Source of the DNA: Felis catus
Taxonomy: Eukaryota
Assembly (NCBI RefSeq): GCF_018350175.1
Contig: NC_058368.1
Span: 30,320,001 to 30,384,000 of the forward strand
Direction: 5' to 3'
DNA length: 64,000 nt
In this document: positions 36,147 through 48,605 of the stretch, one piece after another
Layout: each line of letters starts with the position of its first letter
How positions within the stretch are numbered: the stretch's first letter is position 1
Made by a program: the position numbers and the translations under genes
Notes under the pieces: model-generated
Told to the model about the DNA's origin: nothing
Seen by the model: the letters and a program-made list of their open reading frames with translations, nothing else
Databases searched by the model: none

Positions 36147-38817
36147 CTTTCCTTTTACCCTCCTCCTTTCCTGCATGTAAAAGGGAATAGGGCTTTATCG
36201 GGAAAGCAGGGATCCTTTCCTCCCCATCTCAATTTCATGAACTCACTGAATCCATTTACTAAACATAGAGATCAAGAAGCTTTGGGACACGATAGGGTAA
36301 GAGAAAGAAGAAGGAGTTTGCGTGGGTTGGGAAAGTAAGCAAGGACAGCAGAAGGAGGGTAAGGGCATCCCAAGGATGAGGCCATTGCTTTCCTGGTATA
36401 GCCTAGTTCTGCATGTCTGTGACTTCACAGGAATAATGGAGGTGGTGGTTAGAGGGAGGGCAGAAAAAGGATGGGCTCCCTCAATGCACGATGTCAGGAA
36501 ACTTCCCTGCGACAAAATGGCAGGTGTCAATGGACTGAGTGAGGTAAGGCGTTCTGGATTCTCTGGAAGCATTCTCTACAAGTTCCTAAGAAATGCTCAG
36601 ATCCTTCTTCCAAATAGCAGTGTAGACACGAACTGCGGTCTCCTGTGAGTCCAGGTTGAAGATGAGCATCGGAGACACGACTGCTACGTAGAAGAGAATG
36701 GAATTCATTCTCCAGGTGCAGAAGGAGAATGGGCTTGAATGAAAAAAAAAAAAAAGTTCATCATGTGTTGGTGGTGAAGTTACTTAACCTTTCAGGTGCA
36801 CTAAGTATTTAGACATGTGGGAGGGTAATAATATCAACCCCCAACCCATTTTATAGGGCAAATGAGTTAAAACTGGGATATGATTTTTAATTTATGTCAA
36901 TCAGCAAATTCAAAGCACAGAACTATAATTAGAAACCCACGATTGCCTGTAGAATATCCTTGTGGGCATAATTAATGCATATTGAAATTTTTTAGCAGTT
37001 ATTTTAATCTCAGAGCCTGGTTCAAATGAGTTGATTTCTCTATTATGAGTATAAAGGGCTACCTACATATCCGGTAAACTTTCTTTAGCAATGGACTTTT
37101 GTGTTATTGCAGAAACTTGGTGTTGATCTTTCTTAGGTCACGGTCAACAAATTAAATAAGAAAGCTTGGAAGTGACTTGGGGAGGTTTCCTAGGTGCAAC
37201 TTGTTAATGGGGAACACAAATGACTGTTCTAGGGGTCTGACTTGGCCCCTGGCTTTGTTAGATCATGCCTCTTTATTGTATATTTACTTTATTAGGTGGG
37301 CAGGTTAACTGTTTCACATCAGATAAGCAGAAACAAGTCCAGTCGTTGATTTTCAAGAAGGATTCTTTTAGAATTTGCATTTGGGTGGGAACACATTTGC
37401 TAATACACTTGATTCGTCACGTTTTGAAATACTTTCTTTTTAATGCTTGCTTATTTGAGCAATACAGAACGAATGCACAGTAATTTCCTTCTTTTCATTG
37501 GAGGCTTTTCTGTTTTTAGGCCAAGAATCCCAAGACACCCCTAAGCTTTCCTGTATTGGTGTTTACAAACAATGTTATAAAAGACTTAAATGTTTCCTGG
37601 ATTGTTTACATAAGAGGCAATGATACACTATGGTAATAATGAGGGCAATGAATTCTGGAAGCTGGAAAGTCAGTTATGTAACTTACCTGTGGAAGACTGA
37701 ACACTACATCTTTGCATTGTTAGGCTGGTATTTGTTTGATGTGATTTTTTAGAAAAAGTTATCAGAAAAGCCTCCTCTGTAAGCAGCCATATGACCTCCA
37801 GGAGGCAGATAAGAGAAATGTAATGGCACTACTTGATATAATGTAGGTTATATCTTTGGCAATGATCCAATTTTTTCTAGTCTTTATTCACTGGGGAGTA
37901 AAATTATTGCCTCATAAAACAAGAGAAATGTCCAGTTATTTCTTAAGTAGGGCCCTATTAACTTTACCACTGTCACCAGTTCCTTCCACAACATTAAAAT
38001 CTTTCAGCCCTGTGGCAGGGAGGATGTTACATACCCAGATTTAGTGATCCAAGGACAATTATTTTGAAAACATACATTTCCTTGAAAGACCCAATTTTGA
38101 AAGAACTAATTTTTAGAATGATGTTCCAGCGAATCACTGGATTCATAACAGTGTTTTTCTTTAGAAACCTCTTGCCTACATCAAAAGCATCAACCAGGAT
38201 ATAAAAAACAAAGTGAGTCTTAGTGTTAAGGAAAATCGATTATTGAGAAAGAGGGTTTGATTATCAAAATGTGTTACAATGTTTCACCCTAAAATCATTG
38301 AATTAAAGTTTCACTTATTTGAAGATCTGGATAATTGTCTTCAGTTTCTATCTGATTATTGCTATTGTGCAGAATATCCCTTTAGGCCTTACTGAGATTC
38401 AGAGTCCCATTTCTGCTTGGTACACAAATAAAAATGTTCTTGTCCATGTTGTCGGGGTGAGAATAAATTGGACCCATTTGAGGAGATGTGATGGTTTCTG
38501 CAGAAGAGAGAGAGGCTCATTCAGACTGCTCTAATCTGCCTTGGTTATGTATTGTTAAGAACTGGCCAGGGACAAAGATCAAATTTACTCAAGGATGATG
38601 TTACTTTTCTATACACATGTATTCCCTTTGGTTCTTAAGTCGAGCCTTGGATAATTAAACATGTGCAACCATTTGCAAATTTCTTTGCATCCTTTCCTAA
38701 TCGTTTCTTTGCTGGGATTCTTGCATGCAGCCAAATTGGGTCTGGTTTTTGGACCGCAATATCTGAGCTGTTGTTGGCCAAACCGTAATTAGCTGAGTTT
38801 GGCTAGGCTACACAGTG

Positions 38818-39294
38818 TGTGGTATGACTTCATAGCGTGTTACCTAGGTTCCTCCAAGAGTAGAGGCCGAGCCCAAGATTTTGGTGATTCTGGGAAGCAT
38901 AAGTGATGTGGAAAGGAGATTAAGACAGGGAAGAGAAAAAGGCCGATAATGTCCATGTTAGAGTGAGTTACCTCTTTGCACACTTGGGGTTCAAGTCCAC
39001 CGGAGACGTTCGATAAACCAATAAGAATGAACAGTCTCAGAATTGTCTTCTGGAAGGACAGGGACTATTCCTCATGAGTGGAGGATAGCCTGAAAGAGTA
39101 CTGACTATTCCATTGTACTGAGTTGTGCCTTTGGTCTGCTGAGCAAGTTTCTGTGGGGCCGGAGAAAGCCCTCAGACAGAGAAACCGAGAGATGCAGGCT
39201 TTTGGGTGGGAAACTACCAAAACAGTAGGTAAACTCAGAGATGAGATGAGATGAGATGAGAATATGGGGAGGGGTCCTGGAAGTGTCTGATACC
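38818..39294 (-). mobile_element. LTR16-like ERVL solo LTR
   Basis: 'gggaagcataagtg...agacagggaag...gagaaagccctcagacaga...atatggggaggggtcctggaagtgtctgatac'. Confidence 0.7.
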
Positions 39295-39299
39295 AACAG

Positions 39300-39755
39300 T
39301 AAACTTGAAAATAACAGTGCTTTGGAAGAGTAGAGGGCTACTTCTTTCACATAAAAGAAGTCCAGAGATAGACTTATTTTGGAGTGTTCACAATCCTCAG
39401 GTGCCCCAATTCTTCCTGGGCCACTGGTTTGCTATCTCTAGTATAGGTTTGTCATCAAAATTCAAAATAACAACTAAATCTCTAGTGATCATATTCATAT
39501 CCCAGGTAGTAGAATTTAGGATGGGACAAAGAAGGCCTGTCTTTCCCTTTTAAGGAAATATTCTGGAAATACAATAAACTATTTTTATCTTTTCCTCATC
39601 AATGAGAACTTAGTTACATGGCCACATCCTGCTATAAAATATTCTGAGAAATACAACCTCGACTGCACATGGCCATACGTCTAACCAAAAATCATGGTTC
39701 CATTGCTATGAATGGAAGGTAGGATGGGATATTGGCAACTAATCATCTCTGGACT
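39300..39755 (-). mobile_element. MLT1J-like MaLR LTR
   Basis: 'cacataaaagaagtccagagatag...gaacttagttacatggccacatcct...ggatattggcaacta'. Confidence 0.7.
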
Positions 39756-39979
39756 GTACGATCTTCATCAGCCAGGCTCTCATGGTTCTTTAAGCGGGAG
39801 AAATGGTAGAAGGAAGCAGAATTATACTATTATACTGACCCTAAATTATTATGTCATATTCCTTTTGTAAGACTGAGCATCTTCACAAAACTTGTGACAC
39901 CGACCTTGTGCACAAAAGTTATCATGGATGATTTGATTTAGATGAAAAAATGTATTTGTTTGTATTTTGCCTAGTCGGG

Positions 39980-40046
39980 TTTTTTTTTTAAAGTTTATTT
40001 TGTATTTATTTGGAGAGACAGAGAGGGCACGAGCAGAGAGTGAATC
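39980..40046 (-). mobile_element. CAN-SINE 3' remnant (5'-truncated)
   Basis: T-tail, tttatt and (GA)-rich segment only. Confidence 0.6.
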
Positions 40047-40079
40047 AGAGTTGTAGTAACATCAACAGCAACAGTGATC

Positions 40080-40467
40080 GCATTAGCCCACTCAGGCCAA
40101 GATAACAAAACACCACAGACTGAGTGGCTTCAATAACAGAAATTTCTTTTTCCCAGTTGTGGAGGCTGGAAGTCCAGGTTGAAAGCATGGGTAGGTTTGG
40201 TTTGTCCTAAAGTCTCCCTACTTGGCTCGCCATTGGTCGCTTTCTCACGGTGTCCTCACCTCACCGTTACTTTCTGTGAGCACCTCGTTAGCTGGTGTCT
40301 CTTACTCTTTTTATGAGAAACCCAATCCTAATGGATTAGGGCCCCGTGCTGTTGATCTCATTTGATCTTAATGACCTCTTTAAAGGATCTACATCCAAAC
40401 AGAGTCACATTGGGAGGTTAAGGTTCCACCGTATGAATTTGTCAGGGACACAATTCAGACGCTAAAA
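40080..40467 (-). mobile_element. MLT1A/B/C-like MaLR LTR
   Basis: 'ataacaaaacaccacagactgagtggcttcaataacagaaattt...gggacacaattcagac'. Confidence 0.88.
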
Positions 40468-40469
40468 AA

Positions 40470-40695
40470 TGATAATAAGAAATATGTACTTAATGTATTT
40501 ATGTATTGGGCATGACGCTAAGTGTTTTATGTAGATTCGTTTATTTAGCCTTCATAACAACGCTGACTAAGAGATTATATTACTCACTTTATAGAGAAGG
40601 CCACAGATTTAGGGAAACTGCAACACGCTTAAATTTGCATGGGTATAAGTGAAGGCACAACAGGCAGACATCAGAGCCTGGGTTCATAAACCACT
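40470..40695 (-). mobile_element. MIR
   Basis: 'ctaagtgttttatgtagatt...ccttcataacaac...tattattactcactttatagagaagg'. Confidence 0.7.
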
Positions 40696-43608
40696 GTGAG
40701 AAGGTGCTTGTGATATGAAGCCCAAGATGGAGAATTTCACACTTGACAGATGGACAAGCGTTGCTGGTCCCAGATAGAGAGGCAATTGTAGGCTCTAGGT
40801 GATGTTAGGGGAATTCTTTGAAGGGGCCCTTACAGAGTAGAATCCTCTCTCCTCCTGAACAAATGGAGACGTATATCTAAGAATGGCAAGTAGGAACTAA
40901 AATACCACATTATTATTGGTAGAGGCTGGAGGATGTGGCTCTCGGTCTGTTAGTCAAATGAATCAGCAAATGAGAGAAAAAAAATGCAGTTATTCATGAG
41001 GGCACACTGGCCCAGGGCAGGCCTCCTTCTTACCTTGGGACAGAGCCTTGGGAGATGCTGTGGAAAGTCTGCCCCTGTGAGTTTGAAGAGGAGGAACCTT
41101 GGGAGAACCACGTGCAGCAAGACTGTTGGTCTTTCCAGGTCTAACAGTCCCCCCCACCCCCACCCCCCATCTCTTCAGCTGGTGCAGAGAGTAAAAGGGG
41201 CAGATATCTTAGGAGCAATCCTCTCCTTGGAAACCAGTGGTGAGAAAAAGGTGTTCCCAAGTGATAGGATGCAGTGAAGTGTTCTTGACTGTGCCTGGAC
41301 AGCCAAGTCCTCTTTCCACAGGTGTCGACTCTGAGGCCTAGACAATGAGGATGAAGTCTTTCTCTCTATTATTTGTGAAAACTTTTTCCTGGGATTAATT
41401 TTATATTGCTTGAGAGCAATACAAATCACTCAAATAATGTTATGAGGCAACCAGGCTTGGGATTGCATGTCAATGAGTGGCTACAGCTTGGAAATAAATG
41501 GATGCTTTGGTAATGCATTTAAGACACTACATTGTGAGTAATAGAAAAGACCAACATGTAAATATGTAAATCTCCCCCAAAAGGATCCAGGAAATTTCTC
41601 TCAGAAAAACAACTCTGCTTTCAGTAAGAAAACCAGTGGACTTAATCAAAGGAGTAGGTCTAAACAAAGGAATCAGAGCCAAATAGAGAGTAGGATTTTA
41701 ATCATTCAGCTTGGTATGTTCAGCCTATGATGAATATTCATTAACGACTGATCAATACGCTATTTTTCTATTTCTTCAAATAGATTTGAAACACAAAAAA
41801 CAAAGAAAAGTAAACATTTTCTAACCCTCAAGAAGAATAAATCCCCCTGCCGACACATTCTGCCATCTTCAAAAATAATGTTTCAGCAGAATAACTTCCT
41901 ATACTTTCATTTTATGGCTGCCCCTCCGCCCACTATTGGGGCACTCAAAACCGGAAGGGAGACTTGAGGCATTTGTCCAGAAAAATGAGGCCAAAAAACC
42001 CCACTCCCCCCTAAAATTGGTTATGTGAAACATTATATTGTTGGCATTGCCCTGGATAGTGGACTGATTGAGGATTCACTTCATGGGTATAGAGTTGGCT
42101 CTGGTTTCTCCTGAAGAACTGAATGCTCACATCTCCATGCATGTGCATGTGTAAAAGTAGAGTTTTTAATTTGTTGTGTGTCAAATTGAGTTTCTGAAAA
42201 ATTTTTTTTCAATTAATTTCCTCTCCTCGAGCGCGTTTTGCAAATGGAATGTGATGATGAGGTTTAGTCATTTGGTTACTTGATAGTTCTAAATAGCTAA
42301 TCTGAATAATTCTGCTCCAAATAAATTCTGAGGGCTTTTTAATTTTGTAATTGAAATATTTGGTTGGCTGTTAACTTCAATAAATTAGGTAGCTAACAAA
42401 CTTCTACTTTTCTCCCTGCGGCATAGATACAATGATAGAGATAGGGGATGGTTCAGGCCTTCAAATGGATTTTTGTTGTGTTTGTGTTGCTTTTCGTTTA
42501 CCTAGGCCATTTGAGAGAAATGAAATACCTCTCTTTTTGTTTCTTTTATTCTTTCTTTCTTTTTTTCTTTATCTTTTTACAAAAAGGGTCATCTGGATTA
42601 CACTGGTGTGTAGGGTTGAAAATACGTATCAGATTCTTAAGACGTTTCCAGAACATCATTCAAAATCAGGATTCTGGGCAACTCTCTTTTCACAAAAATA
42701 TTTATTCTTTGTTTCTTTTGAGATTCTTTAATAAATGTTGACTATTTTTTTCTTTAAAGTATGTTTCCCTTGGAACCGTATCATTAGAAAAAGTCTTGTC
42801 ATTATGGTTTTGTGGCTGTTTTGTTATTCATTTCTGTAAGTCTGAGGTGTTTTGTTACATGGATTTCGCTAAATAAAAGTAATCTTTTTTCTTCAACTTG
42901 TGAAATGGAAATAGTGAATTCTTTGGCAGGAATATTACCAAAATAATCTTTATATAACTGCCTTTCTGTTTACTCTCAGTATTATCAAAACTGGTGTCCG
43001 TGGGGCTTAGTAAATTTTGAACTTCGCAATTTAAATCTAATCTTTTTTTTACTCAGGACCAATTTCTGTGTTCTTTGGATTACCGATTTTGGAAGCTTGG
43101 AGAGAAAAATGTCCTTAAAAGTAGGGCTCTTTCAGCTGAAAATGGTGGTTTTATGTGTGGTATCTCTTAGCTTTTCCTAATGGTTTTTAGCAGAAGGATT
43201 TGAAAGCAAGTGAAAAGATGGACGTGACTTTCACTTGCTTAGTTTGGGGTGGAGTGGCTTCCAGACATGATTATCTTTCTTTCTCTGAATGTGAATTTGG
43301 TGTTGCTAATGAAAGGGGCCATGCAGGTAACTGTTGACCCTGTAGAGAGTTTTCTGGAAAACAGATGCTTTATGGGTAGAAATTCCACCTCTTCCTTTGT
43401 GATTTACCCCTGACTTAAAGCATTCCATCTTGTAGCCCAAAGGAGCAGTTCTGTGTGAATGACAAGAGATTCCAGAGAAACCTCAGCCAAAACTTGTGGA
43501 AAACGCACAATGTTTGAAAGAGGCAGCTGAAAACAATAGCCTTCTGAACTTCAGGACTTTGACATCCTCAGAATCTTCTTATACAGGTGAATAAATGTAT
43601 TTCCTTTC

Positions 43609-43830
43609 TTTTTAAAAAAATTTTTTTAAATGTTTATTTATTTTTGAGACAGAGAGAGACAGAGCATGAGTGGGGGAGGGTCAGAGAGAGAGGGAGACAC
43701 AGAATCTAAAACAAGCTCCAGGCTCTGAGCTGTCAGCACAGAGCCCGACGCGGGGCTTGAACCCACGAACCGTGAGATCATGACCTGAGCGAAGTCGGAA
43801 GCTCAACCGACTGAGCCACCCAGGCACCCC
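43609..43830 (-). mobile_element. CAN-SINE
   Basis: TSD aatgtatttcctttc at 43594-43608 and 43831-43845. Confidence 0.97.
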
Positions 43831-44619
43831 AATGTATTTCCTTTCAAATGCATGCTAAATATACTCAAAGTGTACTTATGTTAACATATTTTCTTGTTAT
43901 TTTGAAAACTAACTTTGAGTGAGTAGGCAAATATCTCTGATGAAGAACTTTGGTTTAAGGCATTTCATATTTGTACAAGTCTGAAAATCAGGATGACTTT
44001 AGAGAAATTAAGAAACAATCAAGAGTGCTTATCTTGCCACCTCGAAAACACTTGTACTTAAGTTGGTCTGGGTACTTGAAATTAACATTCCTCACATTTC
44101 CAAGGGTCTTTCTAATCCTGTGCATATTTTTAAATTTTTTTTCTGTGTATTCTTTTGTCTTCTGTACTGACAAAGGCACCTATGCTCCCAAATTGTTTAT
44201 TGTGTTCTTCTGTTGGGATTTGTATGACAACGAATTATTTGTTTCCGAAATCAAAGGGACATTTGCATTTGGATTACGGGGGCCTGGTAAAATCCCTAGG
44301 ATATATCTTTTATATACTCCATTCCATGTCTGTAGCTATTATTCTTTGTAAGATACATGGGTCATTTAAAATCCCCAAATGGAAGTGGGGAGGCTAGAGG
44401 TTTGTCCTGGAATATAAGGCATGACATTTAAATGTTGATTTCCTGTTCAAAATGGTCCCTGGTTAGTAATTTCCCCAAAATTAAAATAGCTATACAGACA
44501 TTAGAAAAGGTGAAATCCACAATATTAAGAACTGAGGCTGACAATTGCCAAAATCTTGGGGAAAATTCTACTAATGGCCAAACTAGTACTACTCTATTGA
44601 AAACCATATTTAGTGACAA

Positions 44620-44840
44620 AATAGCTGAGCGATTAAGATCGTAGACAGAATTGGTTCAAAACCCGGCTCTGGCATTGTCCTGCTGCGTGAATTGGGCACT
44701 TTCCTTAGCTTCTTGCTGCCTCAGTTTCTCTACCTATAAATGAAGGTCATCTTCATGAAATTGCTGGGAGGCTGTAATGAACTACCACCCGAGAAGACAA
44801 TGCCTGGCACATGGTAAGCCACAGAAAAATGTTAGCCATT
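44620..44840 (+). mobile_element. MIR
   Basis: 'ggttcaaaacccggctctggca...gcctcagtttctctacctataaatg...tgcctggcacatggtaagc'. Confidence 0.88.
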
Positions 44841-46149
44841 AATAGTCAATGACCCAACAATACTGTGTCCGTTGCCATTAGGTCAGAATACCCATTATCA
44901 CTTTCTGTCTGCTCATTCGGTAGAATAAGGCCAAACGTACCAGAATATCAAGAAGTCATTTATGTCTTTTTGAAGAAGTCGGCTGTGTTGCCTTCTCCCA
45001 AACGTGTACAACTCAGCAAAGCTCTTATTGGCACAAGACAGAACATACCTCTCTTGACAGCATTGATTTCTGTTGTTTTACTACTGGCTTATGTCCCCTG
45101 GGATGTCTCGATTCCCCTCATCTCTTCAGTAAATAGGCATCTTCCAGAAGAATTCCATACCCAAGCTTTGGCAACTCCCTATATTATCCTAGGGGAACTG
45201 AATGAAGTTCAGTATACAGAGTGAATTAATGGCAGAATTGGGAAAGGGTAGACTCAGGAGTTCAGATATCTCTTCAGTGTGTTGACCTTCAAGGAATGTC
45301 AAACTTCATCCTTCTTCTTTTCCTATTATTTTTGTTGCCTTTCAATACAGTCAGGTTGAACATCTTTTAAGTGAGCTAGTAATACTTCCATTCGAATGGA
45401 ACATAGATCCATCTATCAATCTATTTATTTACCTATTTATTTATCTACCTAAACTATTGTTTCACTTTCGTGAAGTGTAAAATTTTGGGAATGCAACAAG
45501 GCAAAAGATGGTATACTTATGGAAGGGGTATAAGTTATAAAGAAAACGGTCACTCATTAAGAAATTTAAAGTCTGCTTCTGTGTTTTGACTGTCTTGAAT
45601 GTGTTTTGTATCTCTCCAAACACCTGCATGCTTACTTGTATCTCCTTAACATGAATATGTATATGTTTTTATTTATTCCCTTGACATAAAATACGTGCTG
45701 TCATTTAAGTGCAGATTAGTAAAAAGGTTAAAATTAAGATGGGAGTGGTTACATATGCATAGAGATTTTCATATAGATGAATGTTTTTGCCATTTATCTC
45801 TTATCGAATCTATCATATCTTCTTTACCCTCCAGATAACCTTCCAACAGAATAGTGGTTTTTACTTCCGGAACCATCATCCCAGTAGCATAAAGTTTGTT
45901 CTTGACAACAGATTTGCTAGTCCTCCCAGGATTGAGTCTGGAGCTGTTAACTCAAGGCTTTTGTTACAATGAATTTGTAACAAATGAGACCTGGCCGTAG
46001 ATTAAGTATCAGGTTAGTTAGCTGCATAGAGTAAATACCAGGTTAACTGGGCGCCATTATCACATGTCAGTGGCCTGGCATGGTCTCTGTTCCCCTTCCC
46101 TGCCACTGGTGGGTTTTGTTGTTGTTGTTGTTGTTTGTTTGTTTATTTA

Positions 46150-46385
46150 AAAATTTTTTTTTAATGTTTATTTATTTTTGAGAGAGGCAGAGAGACAGAG
46201 TGGGAGCAGGGGAAGGGCAGAGAGAGAGGGAGACAGAGAATCTGAAGTAGCTCTAGGCTCTGAGCTGTCAGCACAGAGTTCAATATGGGGCTCGAATTCA
46301 CCAGCGGAGCCATGAGATCATGACCTGAGCCAAAGCTCAGGCTTTGGCTGACCTGATCAAACCTACTGAGCCACTCAGGCACCCC
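46150..46385 (-). mobile_element. CAN-SINE
   Basis: Reverse SINE ending ccactcaggcacccc. Confidence 0.94.
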
Positions 46386-46632
46386 GCTGTTGTGCTGTTT
46401 TTGCAGGCTTTGAAAGCCTGTTAACTACATTTTTCAGAATCTCTTGCCATTAGGGTTCTAGGTTAGATTTTGCCAATAAGAGCCATTAGTGAAGGTTTTT
46501 AAAAGTGGGAGAGAGGCAGAAAACATCCTATTGTTCCTCAGGCAGTGGAAGACTGGGGGTAGAATTTAGAAAACTCCTCTGGGCATTTATTTCCCTATGA
46601 ATCACCTTTTTGCTACAGGCCACTAGTACTCT

Positions 46633-46843
46633 TTTTTTTTTTTTCCAATTTTTTTTTTTTTTTTTTAACATTTATTCATTTGAGAGACAGGCAGAGAGAG
46701 AGAGAGGGAGACACAGAATCCAAAGCAGACTCCAGCCTCTGAGCCTTCAGCACAGAGCCCAACGCAGGGCTCCAACCCAGGAACGGTGAGATCATGACCT
46801 GAGCCGAAGTCGGACACTTAACTGACTAAGCCACGCAGGTCCC
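46633..46843 (-). mobile_element. CAN-SINE
   Basis: TSD ct(a/g)gtactctt. Confidence 0.94.
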
Positions 46844-47367
46844 AGGCTGCTGGTACTCTTGCTTGAGGTTTCCCACTTTCCTGTCGGAAGGCTGGCAACA
46901 CCCCTGAGGACTGCAAGCAGTTTCCCTAGACATTCACTCCTGCACTCTTTTTATCACTCATTTCCTTTTATTAAATCTATTCTTTTTAAAAAACCTTAAT
47001 TTTTCTGAGCTTTTCTGACCAAATTCTCAGCGCGACAACTGAAATTAACCAGAATTAATTCACCGTGACCTCTGTCAAGGGACTTTGGCTATCTGGCTTC
47101 GCATTCTTGAAATGAGACGGTGGGGTTGCATCATCTTGTCTAGCGACTTTTGATTCTAGCTGGAACGTGGTCTAGAAAGCTGTTTCTTTGGAAATAAGAG
47201 ATGAGAGATCGGTCTGTATCGGCGGATGTGAACGGTCCAGATATGCTTGTGAGCCAGTTTGTTTCAGCCTGCTCAGTCTCAGTCTCGGTAAATATTGATA
47301 CAACGTTTCAAGATTTCCTTTTATATAAAATCTGGAGTTCTGGACCGTCCTTAAAAGTCAGAAGGAT

Positions 47368-47546
47368 GGGGCGCCTGGGTGGCTCAGCCAGTTAAACGTC
47401 CAGCTCTTGATTTCAGCTCAGGTCATGATCTCAGGGTTGTAAGACTGAGCCCTGTGTGGAGCTCCAAACTGAGCGTGGAGCCTGCTTAAGACTCTCTGCC
47501 TCTGCCCCTCCCACGTGTGCTCATGCACGCTCTGTCTCTGTCACTC
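47368..47546 (+). mobile_element. CAN-SINE lacking an A-rich tail
   Basis: Head ggggcgcctgggtggctcag; body and (CT)-rich part present, no poly(A). Confidence 0.9.
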
Positions 47547-47804
47547 AAGGTCCTTCAGGCCAGCGGTTGGCGGGAGCCATTGCCCAGCCTTCTTTTTCAT
47601 TCCGGGTGTGTTTTTTCTCAGTCCCCATATCCTCCCTTCATCCTTCTGCCTTCTGTGGCTGTGCCCATCGTCCCCCCACAAGTATGTTTTTTCCGTTATG
47701 GTAGAGAGTTATTGTTTGGAGCGCGAGTTTCTAACAAAAGTGGCAAAATTAAAGATGGAGAGAGTGGGCAATGAGTTTTATTAAAAATAAAAAATGAGGG
47801 AGAT

Positions 47805-48047
47805 GGGGCGCCTGGGTGGCTCCGACGGTTAAGCGTCCAGCTTTGGTTCAGGTCACGATCTCACAGTTAGTGAGTTCGAGCCCCGCTTCAGGGGCTCTGT
47901 GCTGACAGCTCAGAGCCCGGAGCCTGCTTCAGATTCTGTGTCTCCTTCTCTCTCTGCCCCTTCCCTGCTCGCACTCTGTCTCTGTCTCTCTCTCTCTGTC
48001 TCTTAAGAATAAATAAACGTTAAAAAGAATAAATAAATTAATTAAAA
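47805..48047 (+). mobile_element. CAN-SINE
   Basis: Full head, (CT)n and aataaa-containing tail. Confidence 0.96.
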
Positions 48048-48344
48048 CATGAGGAAGGCCATGGTGTCTTGTGCAGAATATTTTGCATATTTATTTGACG
48101 ATTCCCCACCCACTTCTCCCAATTACATCATTTGCCTGCTACCTATAAGTATTTAAGTTTATGAGCCCTGATTTAGCCTCTAGCACTGTTTTTTCACCTT
48201 ATTTGGGTCACAAAGTCTTTGAAGAATATCACGAAAACTATTGGACACTACTCAGAAAAAATACAAGAACACAAACCTATAATATTCTGATCATAGGTTT
48301 CTTTGAAGTCTTGCATGTAACTAAATTTAATAAGACCCTTTGCT

Positions 48345-48605
48345 ATAGAGCAGTACTTCTTGTGAAAATGAAGATTCAGATTCAGTAGGTCTGGGAGGCG
48401 ACTGATTCTGCATTTCTAACAAGCTCTCATGATAGTGTTTTGGTCTGGGGCTATACTTTGAGTAGCAAGGTTCCAGTGGTTCTGAAATTTTCTTTGGACA
48501 TTAGAATCCCCTGGAGACATCTTTTTTTTTTTAAAAAAAAGACATGCTCAGGCAATGGTATTTTTAAGAAGCTTCCATCTGTAGGGTTTGGGAACGTTGT
48601 TCTAC
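48345..48605. mobile_element. MER5-type hAT fragments
   Basis: 'gattcagattcagtaggtctggga...ctgcatttctaacaagctc...actttgagtagcaagg' followed by a second fragment. Confidence 0.7.

Larger units (their letters stand above)
46065..47037 (+). mobile_element. LTR33-like ERVL LTR containing two SINEs
   Basis: 'aactacatttttcagaatctcttgccattagggttctaggttagattttgccaataagag'; 3' attaaa followed by '...ttttctgacc...gaca'. Confidence 0.6.

Noticed and set aside
45960..45984. Hairpin tttgttacaa-tgaat-ttgtaacaaa
   Set aside because: A 10-bp AT-rich stem is plausible by chance in 64 kb and too short for a pre-miRNA or MITE.
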